In this document: positions 9,038 through 16,655 of the stretch, piece by piece
Layout of the letters: the number at the start of each line of letters is the position of its first letter
How positions within the stretch are numbered: position 1 is the first letter of the stretch
Assembly: GCA_048938295.1 (NCBI GenBank)
Contig: JBHLMI010000010.1
Span: 30,001-62,000, forward strand
Direction: 5' to 3'
Origin: Promethearchaeota archaeon
GTDB taxonomy: Archaea; Asgardarchaeota; Hermodarchaeia; Hermodarchaeales; Hermodarchaeaceae
DNA length: 32,000 nucleotides
Position numbers and translations under genes: made by a program
Notes under the pieces: model-generated
Told to the model about the DNA's origin: nothing
Database searches by the model: none
What the model saw: only the letters and a program-made list of their open reading frames with translations

Positions 9038-10971
9038 GTAAGGATAATGCTTACTATGGTTACGCTGGACGAATTGCAGAAGTTGATTTGACTGAATCCA
9101 AAGTCAAAATTACACCCATGGACCGTGATTTTGCCAGAAATTATCTCGGTGGAACCGGGTTTGCCTCGCGCATATTATGGGATCGTGTCAAGCCAGGTTC
9201 AGATCCACTTGATCCGCAGAATCCGATTATCTTTGGGGTGGGTCCGGTTACAGGTGCCTTTTTCTCTCCTTCAGGACGGTATATGGTTGCCTTCAAATCT
9301 CCCTTAACAGGAGTGTGGGGTGAAGCTCATTGTGGAGGGCATTGGGGACCTCAGCTCAAATATGCTGGATTTGACATGCTAATCATTCAAGGCAAAGCGC
9401 CTAAGCCAGTTTACCTTATGGCACACGACAAAACCGTGACCATCCATGATGCCACTCATCTGTGGACCCAAGACACTACTGAAACCACGGACCAAATCAA
9501 ACAGGAACATGGAGACAATGACATCGAGGTTGCCTCCATTGGAATAGCGGGTGAGAATCTGGTCCGATACGCGGCAATTATTGGCTCTTATTATCGAGCT
9601 GCCGGTCGTGCAGGGGGTGGAGCTGTGATGGGAAGCAAGAATCTCAAAGCCATTGCAGCGCGAGGTCTTGGAGGCGTACTGGTTGCCCAACATGGGAAGT
9701 TCCTCGCTGCAGCACGAAAAGCCTTTGAACAGACCACGACTGGAAAATGGGGAGAAATGAACGAAGAATCCCTCGGCAAGTACGGGACAACTAACCTTGT
9801 AAATGCAATTGGAGAGATTGGTCGACTCCCCACGAAGAATCATACAACCGGCATATTTCCAGAGGCAGATGCCATCGGACCAGAAATTATACGACAGAAG
9901 TATCGAACAAGCCGGGAAGCCTGCTTTGGGTGTGCGCTCCAGTGCAAATATACATCTCAAGTGAAATCAGGGCCTTACCAAGTGAAGACTGGAGGACCAG
10001 AGTATGAAACTCTCATGGCCTTTGGCAGCAATTGCCTTAACAGTAACGTGGAATCGATTCTGTATGCAAACCAGCTCTGCAATCGCTACGGTTTAGACAC
10101 AATAAGCACAGGCTGCACCATCGCCTTCTTAATGGAAGCAGCTGAACACAACCTCGTTACATCAAAAGATGCTGACGGACTCGACCTCTCATGGGGAAAC
10201 GATGAAACAATCATTGTACTCATTGAAAAAATTGCGCACCGCCAAGGCATAGGTAACCTACTCGCTGAAGGCTCCATGCGAGCTGCCCAAAAAATAGGAA
10301 AAGGTGCAGAACAGTTCGCGATTCATGTTAAAGGAATGGAAGCCTCGGGCCAAGATCCCCGACCTCAACAAAGTGTAGGCTTAACCTACGCCACCAATGT
10401 TCGTGGTGCTGATCACCTTCGAAGTCTAAGCTGCTATGAAGAACTCGGTTTCCCTGATGTCGCCATAGATCGATTCGGTGAGGAACACGCCTCCGAAGTG
10501 ATGGATCTACATAGCACCACCTACAAGGGCCACCTTATCAAAGACCAAGAAGACCTTTATGTGCTCGTTGATAGCGTAATTCTCTGTAAATACGGCTCTA
10601 TGTGGCCACCTATCTACTATTTCGATATCGTTGCGCAAATGCTTGCTCCCCTTACCGGCTTCCAAGAGTTTGGGGACATCAAGGAACTACGCAAAATCAC
10701 TGAACGAATCAGTAATCTTCGACGATGCTTCAATGTCCGGGAAGGCATAACTCGTAAGAACGAGCAACTCCATCCACGGTTTACAGAAGAACCGATGCCA
10801 GAAGGTCCAGCCAAAGGACAAGTCTGTGACCTCGAACCCATGCTCAATGAATACTATGAAGTCCGCAACTGGACAAAAGATGGTCTTCCAAAACGCTCCG
10901 AGCTAATCCGTTTAGGCCTAGACGATGTAGCCGATGAACTCGCAAAAATGGGTAAGTTGGTGGAAGAATAA
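9034..10971 (+). CDS. Tungsten-containing aldehyde:ferredoxin oxidoreductase-family protein (AOR-1)
   Basis: SPLTG, AGEN, GRAGGGAVMGSKNLKAI, CFGCALQC, GPEYET, GLDTIS, RGADH and distal Cys (DSVILC). 645 aa. Confidence 0.93.
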   Translation: MSKDNAYYGYAGRIAEVDLTESKVKITPMDRDFARNYLGGTGFASRILWDRVKPGSDPLDPQNPIIFGVGPVTGAFFSPSGRYMVAFKSPLTGVWGEAHCGGHWGPQLKYAGFDMLIIQGKAPKPVYLMAHDKTVTIHDATHLWTQDTTETTDQIKQEHGDNDIEVASIGIAGENLVRYAAIIGSYYRAAGRAGGGAVMGSKNLKAIAARGLGGVLVAQHGKFLAAARKAFEQTTTGKWGEMNEESLGKYGTTNLVNAIGEIGRLPTKNHTTGIFPEADAIGPEIIRQKYRTSREACFGCALQCKYTSQVKSGPYQVKTGGPEYETLMAFGSNCLNSNVESILYANQLCNRYGLDTISTGCTIAFLMEAAEHNLVTSKDADGLDLSWGNDETIIVLIEKIAHRQGIGNLLAEGSMRAAQKIGKGAEQFAIHVKGMEASGQDPRPQQSVGLTYATNVRGADHLRSLSCYEELGFPDVAIDRFGEEHASEVMDLHSTTYKGHLIKDQEDLYVLVDSVILCKYGSMWPPIYYFDIVAQMLAPLTGFQEFGDIKELRKITERISNLRRCFNVREGITRKNEQLHPRFTEEPMPEGPAKGQVCDLEPMLNEYYEVRNWTKDGLPKRSELIRLGLDDVADELAKMGKLVEE

Positions 10972-12155
10972 TGACAGTCAAATTAGATGTTGAAATTGCT
11001 GGTATTCCCCTCCGTAATCCCGTTCTAACCGCTGCAGGGCCAACGAGCCGAGATGCTGAAACCCTGTTAGAAGCAGCGCGTGGCGGAGTGGGAGGTTTGG
11101 TGGCTAAAACTATCAGCGTCAAACCTGCCAAAGTTCCCCGTCCGAATATGCAAACCCTTGACCGTGGTAAGAGTCAATGGCTTCTGGCAACAGCCATGCA
11201 ACACCATATTGTCCACTTGGAACGGATCAGTGTTCGAGGAGCATATGGATTACTTAACCATGAATTATGGAGCGATAAGCCCTACGAAAAGTGGCTCAAA
11301 CATGAATATCCGAAGGCAAAGGAAGCAGGTCTGTCTCTCATCGCATCCATGGGTTATACTCCCGAGGAACTAGCAAAACTCGCACCCTTAGTGGAGAAAG
11401 CGGGAGTTGATGGTATTGAGTTCAGCACCCATTACATCGAATCTGATCCTAAAGTCTTCAACGAAGTCGCGAAGACATTGAAAGAAGCTGTCGATATTCC
11501 CGTCTTTGCGAAAATGAGCCCCCATGTCAAAGACCTGACAGTCTTCGTGAAAGCAGTGGAAAAACATGTCGACGGATTTGTAGCTATCAATACTCTTGGG
11601 CCCTGCCTCCACATCGACATTGAAACGGGCAAACCACTCCTCGGTGGGCCAGGAGGTGTTGGATGGCTCTCAGGACCTGCCATCAAACCCCTGGCAGTTC
11701 GTTGTGTTGCTGATATTGCCCGTGGCACTTCAAAACCTGTCGTTGGTGTTGGAGGAGTTAGCACCGGTGCCGATGCCATTGAGTTCGTCATGTGCGGTGC
11801 ATCAGCTGTCCAAGTATGTACTGCTGCTATCCTCGAAGGTAACTCAGTGTATGGGCGTATCGCTACTGAAATGGCGAACTACCTCAAATCTCATGGGCAT
11901 GATTCGCCACTAGATGTCCGTGGCATCTCCCTCAAACACCTCCCCACTGATACCCTCCGCATCGAAAGTCTCCCACCAACTGTCGACGAAGAAGCCTGCT
12001 CGGGTTGTGGGCTATGCAACAAATCCTGTATCTACTCCGCCATTGCCGTCAACCCAGACACATCCAAAGCACAAGTGGATACAAATCTCTGTTATGGCTG
12101 CGGGGTCTGCGTCAGCATTTGTCCACACCGCGCACTATCCTTCCAGACTAATTAA
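10971..12155 (+). CDS. Dihydropyrimidine dehydrogenase PreA/DHODH-like FMN protein with C-terminal 2x[4Fe-4S]
   Basis: TAAGP, VAKT, LNHELWS, FAKMSP, AINT, LSGPAIKP, GVGGV and VQVCTA motifs. C-terminal CSGCGLCNKSC and CYGCGVCVSIC. TAATG overlap with AOR-1. Confidence 0.85.
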   Translation: MTVKLDVEIAGIPLRNPVLTAAGPTSRDAETLLEAARGGVGGLVAKTISVKPAKVPRPNMQTLDRGKSQWLLATAMQHHIVHLERISVRGAYGLLNHELWSDKPYEKWLKHEYPKAKEAGLSLIASMGYTPEELAKLAPLVEKAGVDGIEFSTHYIESDPKVFNEVAKTLKEAVDIPVFAKMSPHVKDLTVFVKAVEKHVDGFVAINTLGPCLHIDIETGKPLLGGPGGVGWLSGPAIKPLAVRCVADIARGTSKPVVGVGGVSTGADAIEFVMCGASAVQVCTAAILEGNSVYGRIATEMANYLKSHGHDSPLDVRGISLKHLPTDTLRIESLPPTVDEEACSGCGLCNKSCIYSAIAVNPDTSKAQVDTNLCYGCGVCVSICPHRALSFQTN

Positions 12156-12173
12156 TAGGATGAACTCAAATCC

Positions 12174-12461
12174 ATGACTAAAAAACCTCAAGTTACCGTT
12201 CGCATGTTCACAAGCCTCCGTGCCCTCACCGGAGTCAGAGAAATCCAACTAGAAGCCAAAGATGTCCAAGAAGTCATAGATATACTAGGTAACAAGTTTG
12301 GGAACAAATTTAACAAAATGGTCCTCGAAGCTGATGGATCACTCAAGTCCTACTTCCATGTTCTTGTCAATGGACGCCACGTCAGACTACAACAAGGATT
12401 AGCAACACCACTTACTGAAGGAGACGTTGTTGCAATTTTCCCGCCAATAGGTGGCGGGTAA
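12174..12461 (+). CDS. moaD: MoaD/ThiS (SAMP1-like) sulfur carrier
   Basis: VLVNGR...LTEGDVVAIFPPIGGG-stop, with a free C-terminal GG. Last gene of the AOR-1 operon. Confidence 0.88.
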   Translation: MTKKPQVTVRMFTSLRALTGVREIQLEAKDVQEVIDILGNKFGNKFNKMVLEADGSLKSYFHVLVNGRHVRLQQGLATPLTEGDVVAIFPPIGGG

Positions 12462-12477
12462 AAACAAGGATGGGGTT

Positions 12478-13251
12478 TTATCCCTTCTTTTTCGCTGCAC
12501 GCATGGCTTTAATGGTTTCAGCTAATTGCTTGCCTTTATCATCCAGGATTGTGCGTTCAATGATGGTTCCTTGGACGATGATGTCTGCTCCTGCAGCAGC
12601 TGCTGCAGCTGCTTGCTCGGGTGTATAAATGCCTCCACCAACTGCAAGGGGGATATCAATAGTGTGGGACACGAGATTAATCATAGGAATGGGGACTACA
12701 TTTTCCGCTCCAGAACCGGCTTCTAAGTAAACAAATTGGAAACCCATGTATTGGGCTGCGAGTGAATAGCTGACAGTGATTTCTGGTTTGTCTTTGGGAA
12801 GGAGCCTTGCATCTCCGATGAATCCTGCGGTGCCACCGGGTTCGACGATTAGGTAACCCATGGAGATGGGTTCTAGGTTGTAGCTTTTAATATGTCGGGC
12901 AGCCAAGGTTTGAGCCTCGATTATCCAATAGGTATTGCGTGAGTTTAGAAGGCTCATGAAGAAGACGGCGTCTGCAGAGCGTGAAAGCCCAGAGACATTA
13001 CCAGGGAATAGAATGACGGGGATGTCAACCTGTTTTTTTATTGCCTGGACAGATTCATCGATGACTCCGAATGCTGTTGACCCTCCAACCATGATGCCGT
13101 TGCTTCCTGCTTTTTCAGCGAGGCTTGCAATTTGCCCGGCTGTATCAGCAGATTGTTTGATGGGGTCAGGGTCGATGAGGGTAAGGTGTGCGATGTGTTC
13201 ATCTTTGATGACTTTGAGAATATGTTTCCATGTGGGACCTGGATTTGGCAT
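12478..13251 (-). CDS. Geranylgeranylglyceryl phosphate synthase (GGGPS, PcrB family)
   Basis: LIDPD, IMVGGS, LFPG, FMSLLNS, MGYLIVEPG, YLEAGSGA and VGGGI motifs. Confidence 0.95.
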   Translation of the reverse strand: MPNPGPTWKHILKVIKDEHIAHLTLIDPDPIKQSADTAGQIASLAEKAGSNGIMVGGSTAFGVIDESVQAIKKQVDIPVILFPGNVSGLSRSADAVFFMSLLNSRNTYWIIEAQTLAARHIKSYNLEPISMGYLIVEPGGTAGFIGDARLLPKDKPEITVSYSLAAQYMGFQFVYLEAGSGAENVVPIPMINLVSHTIDIPLAVGGGIYTPEQAAAAAAAGADIIVQGTIIERTILDDKGKQLAETIKAMRAAKKKG

Positions 13252-13298
13252 TTTTTTACCCCGGTTTCATGCATGCAGCTTACTTACTTTAAAGCTTG

Positions 13299-13976
13299 CT
13301 ACCGTTGAGCGAGTATCCTTGTTACTCCAGGCGAAACGTGTGCCGTGTTTTTGTCCCAGTCTACAACGACTAATTTCCGGAGTTCAAACCACCGTAGATA
13401 GTTTCGGACTTTGGATTCGGTGATGTGTAAGGTTTGAGCAAGGTCTGAAAAGCTCGTTTTCCCCGTTGCGCCGAAAGCTCGTAGGATGGGGCTCCATTCA
13501 TAAACAATGAGCATGGCCATGGCGGGGAGGAGTTTATCCAAGTTGTAATCAGTGGTGTTGCTAATTGGAATTACAGGAACGCCGACCATGAAACTCAAGT
13601 CATGGCGGATTCTTTCTGGTGTTCGAGCTGCACGAAGATCTTGTTTATTTGCGGCAACAATACAAGGAACATTAGGGAGGAGATCACTGATCTCTGTCCA
13701 AATATAGCGTGCTTCAGCATCTCCATCGGGTTTGCTCGCGTCGACAACAAAGAGGATTCCGTCAGCTCCCTCGGAAATAATTCGTCGTAACACCTTGAAT
13801 CGGGCTAGCCCAGGGGTTCCAAATAGCCGAATTGGTATTCCAAAGACTTCAGCGACACCGTGGTCAAGACCAACAGTTGTACCATTAGCTTGAATATTAA
13901 TTATGTTTCCCTTGGCTAGGTGCTGAATGAGTGTGCTTTTTCCTGAGAGGTGTGGACCTGTTACAAGCACTTTCAT
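13299..13976 (-). CDS. MglA/CvnD-type small GTPase fused to a C-terminal winged-helix domain
   Basis: G1 GPHLSGKST, G2 TTVGLD, G3 FGTPG, G4 NKQD. C-terminal SFSDLAQTLHITESKVRNYLRWFELRKLV has an HTH/wHTH pattern. Confidence 0.82.
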   Translation of the reverse strand: MKVLVTGPHLSGKSTLIQHLAKGNIINIQANGTTVGLDHGVAEVFGIPIRLFGTPGLARFKVLRRIISEGADGILFVVDASKPDGDAEARYIWTEISDLLPNVPCIVAANKQDLRAARTPERIRHDLSFMVGVPVIPISNTTDYNLDKLLPAMAMLIVYEWSPILRAFGATGKTSFSDLAQTLHITESKVRNYLRWFELRKLVVVDWDKNTAHVSPGVTRILAQR

Positions 13977-14057
13977 GTTATCAAAATCCTCTAGGTTCGT
14001 CTTTTGTAGAAGGAGGAGGGCATATACTAAGATAGCCCCGCGTATCTCATTCTGCAG

Positions 14058-14075
14058 AGGTTTGAATTTAAACCT
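14058..14075 (-). promoter_or_regulatory. Candidate TATA box (TTTAAA) within imperfect palindrome AGGTTTAAATTCAAACCT upstream of the GTPase gene
   Basis: Sequence seen directly; about 85-95 nt upstream of ATG 13976. Confidence 0.35.
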
Positions 14076-14102
14076 TGCTTATGAGAGGGGTTTTATGACC
14101 AG

Positions 14103-16025
14103 TTATTCGGGTAATTCTACACCTGCTTTTGTCAGGTCTATAATAACATCGTTCAAGCTTAATCGATGTAACGTTCGCTTAGTCGGAAGCCCATCTTCAA
14201 CTCGCCAGCCACGTACCTCGTAGTATTCGTCGAGCATTTGTTCCAGTTCAACGACTTGGCCCTTCGATGGTCCTTCTGGGGCAGGAGTCTTGGTTAGGCG
14301 GCTTGGGAGTGAATCATCTTTCCGGCGAATTCCTTCTCGGACATTGAAACCGCGATTGAGATTCACAATTCGTTCACCAATTGTTCGCAACTGTTTCTCG
14401 GTGATTGAGTGACCTACAGTAACGTCAAAGGCTTTGACAATGTCTTCATAAAAAAGAACTGGTGGAATCAATGTACCGTATTTGCAGACGCCCAATGATT
14501 CAACAACCGCACAGAAATCCTCGTTTTCTTTTACCATGATACCTTTATATTTGGGATCAAGGCGGTCGCCGATTTCTGGGAGATACTCAGTTCCATAACG
14601 GATTCCAATTTCCTCATCGAATCCCACTTCATCAAGAACAGGGAATGCATAAAGGTGGTCAGCCCCCCGTGCTGCAGTGGCGGTGGCCAGTCCCATGGAT
14701 TTTTGGGCTCGGGATTCCTGCCCTGCGATTTCTTGCTTCTTGCAGTGCATAACGAACTTCTCAGTCCCACGTCCAATGCGTTGGGCTGCTCGATAACTCC
14801 CCTCAGCTAAGATGTCGCCAAATCCTTCACGCTTAGCAATCATGTGGATGAGTGTGATGATGGACTCATGGTTGCCCCAGCTTAGATCTATCCCATCGGT
14901 GTCTTTTGCGGTGATGAGGCCTTCATCCCAGGCCTCCATCGCCCAGCTAATCGTTGCCCCTGTAGAGATAGTATCTAAACCGTACAAGTTGCTGAGGTGG
15001 TGGCCATAAAGGATTGATTCGAGATTATCGTTTCCACATCGGCTTCCCATAGCTGACTGGGTTTCGTACTCCGGAGCGCCACCACAATAGGCATAAGGTC
15101 CAGTTTTGACGCACGTATAGCGACCACACCGTTGCAGACAGGCAAAATCCGCTCGGGGTTTCACTAAATAGTTCTTTTTAATCGCTTCCCCGCTGATTTT
15201 CTGATATTCTGCGAATACTCCAGAGCGCATATTATAACTCGGTAGTCGCCCGATTTCTTGCATTAATTCTACTAGATTGGTCGTGCCATACATCGCCCGA
15301 CTGGCGGTAAATGGGCTTGCTAGCATTTTCTGGTGCAGTTCTTCTATCACTTCGAGGTAGCGATCTGGCTTGGCAATGGGAATATCCTGTCCACCTCGAA
15401 CCGCCACAGCCTTAAGGTGCTTGCTCCCTGCTACGGCTCCAATACCTGACCGTGCGGCAGCCCGGTCATAATCGTTTATAATGGCCGCAAACCGGACAAG
15501 GTTCTCTCCTGCTTGGCCAATGCAAGAGACACGAAGATCTCGGTCATTATGCATTTCTTTTATCATGTCTTCGGTTTCGGCGGTGTTGCGGCCCCATAGT
15601 TTCTTTGCATCGAGTAATCGAGCAGTTCCATTATCAATAAACAGATACCTCGGGGTCTCTGATCGACCTGTGACAGTAATAGTGTCATACCCTGCAAATT
15701 TCAGTTCCGGTCCCCAATGTCCGGCAGAATGGGCTTCACCAAAGATGCCTGTGAGTGGTGATTTCGCAGCAACCACATACCGAGAAGCTTGAGGCCACAG
15801 GGTTCCTGTGAAGGGTCCGGTTGCCCAAAGAAGAATGTTTTCTGGACTCAGTGGGTCTGTAGTGGGTCCTACCCGATCATACATGATTCGTGAAGCAAAT
15901 CCTTGGCCCCCAAGATACATGAGAGCAAATTCTTTGTCGATTGGAACCGGTTTACATGTTCCCTTTGTCATATCTACGTGTAGATGCTGTCCTGCATACC
16001 CACCGAGTTTCCCTTTCTTCACCAT
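14103..16025 (-). CDS. Tungsten-containing AOR-family oxidoreductase (AOR-2)
   Basis: SPLTG, AGENLV, GSKHLKAV, APEYET, GLDTIS, RGADH and ESLGVC. The Fe-S motif reads DFACLQRC. GAGGTG RBS overlaps the upstream stop. Confidence 0.92.
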   Translation of the reverse strand: MVKKGKLGGYAGQHLHVDMTKGTCKPVPIDKEFALMYLGGQGFASRIMYDRVGPTTDPLSPENILLWATGPFTGTLWPQASRYVVAAKSPLTGIFGEAHSAGHWGPELKFAGYDTITVTGRSETPRYLFIDNGTARLLDAKKLWGRNTAETEDMIKEMHNDRDLRVSCIGQAGENLVRFAAIINDYDRAAARSGIGAVAGSKHLKAVAVRGGQDIPIAKPDRYLEVIEELHQKMLASPFTASRAMYGTTNLVELMQEIGRLPSYNMRSGVFAEYQKISGEAIKKNYLVKPRADFACLQRCGRYTCVKTGPYAYCGGAPEYETQSAMGSRCGNDNLESILYGHHLSNLYGLDTISTGATISWAMEAWDEGLITAKDTDGIDLSWGNHESIITLIHMIAKREGFGDILAEGSYRAAQRIGRGTEKFVMHCKKQEIAGQESRAQKSMGLATATAARGADHLYAFPVLDEVGFDEEIGIRYGTEYLPEIGDRLDPKYKGIMVKENEDFCAVVESLGVCKYGTLIPPVLFYEDIVKAFDVTVGHSITEKQLRTIGERIVNLNRGFNVREGIRRKDDSLPSRLTKTPAPEGPSKGQVVELEQMLDEYYEVRGWRVEDGLPTKRTLHRLSLNDVIIDLTKAGVELPE

Positions 16026-16031
16026 TATAAT

Positions 16032-16523
16032 TCACCTCTTTTCTGATTCCTCTTCCACTCGAAGTTCGTCAAGGAGATTTCCACATTCGTGCTGAATCAC
16101 TTTCTGCTGCTTCAAAGCTGCCAATTGTTCATCGGTGAGAATCTGTAAGGTATCAACTGGGCAATATCTCGTGCAAAAGCCACATGCGATACATTTGATG
16201 GCTTTTTGCGTGTCGGGATGTAAGAAGATGGCTCCAAATGGGCATGCTTCGACACAAGCCCCACACCCACGGCATTTCTTCGAATCCACAATGACAATAC
16301 CTTTCCGGTTCTTCTGCAGGGCTTCTTCAGGACACGCTTCGATGCACCAAGCTTGATCGCAATTTCGACACGCTACAACAACATCAAGTCCTGGATTGAC
16401 TCGGCGTACCCGGTTCCGCGACTTCTTCGGATTGATGGTCTTTTCCCAATGTAAACTACATACTGCTTCACAAATCCGACAACCAACACACACGGTAGGG
16501 TCCGCATAGAGAAATTGTCGCAT
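16032..16523 (-). CDS. 4x[4Fe-4S] electron-transfer subunit (AOR-2 partner)
   Basis: CVGCRICEAVC, CRNCDQAWCIEAC, CRGCGACVEAC and CIACGFCTRYC. GAGGTG RBS. Confidence 0.92.
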   Translation of the reverse strand: MRQFLYADPTVCVGCRICEAVCSLHWEKTINPKKSRNRVRRVNPGLDVVVACRNCDQAWCIEACPEEALQKNRKGIVIVDSKKCRGCGACVEACPFGAIFLHPDTQKAIKCIACGFCTRYCPVDTLQILTDEQLAALKQQKVIQHECGNLLDELRVEEESEKR

Positions 16524-16655
16524 ACGTTAGCACCTCATCAATTTCATCCAAAATTAGACTTGATAGGGGTAAAACTTTGTTATCAATCTAGGAATAGATG
16601 AACTCCTTGAAATTTGGGCTATTCATAAAAGGACAGAGAGGTCGTAGAAGGTATC

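Noticed and set aside
10971-12155. Annotation as biosynthetic pyrD
   Set aside because: No NxSCP/NxSSP catalytic loop, C-terminal ferredoxin domain as in PreA, and no pyr genes or pyrK nearby.
12591-12612. GCA/GCT repeat (poly-Ala x7) in GGGPS
   Set aside because: Lies in the normal helix before GAD; mixed codons and no length change.
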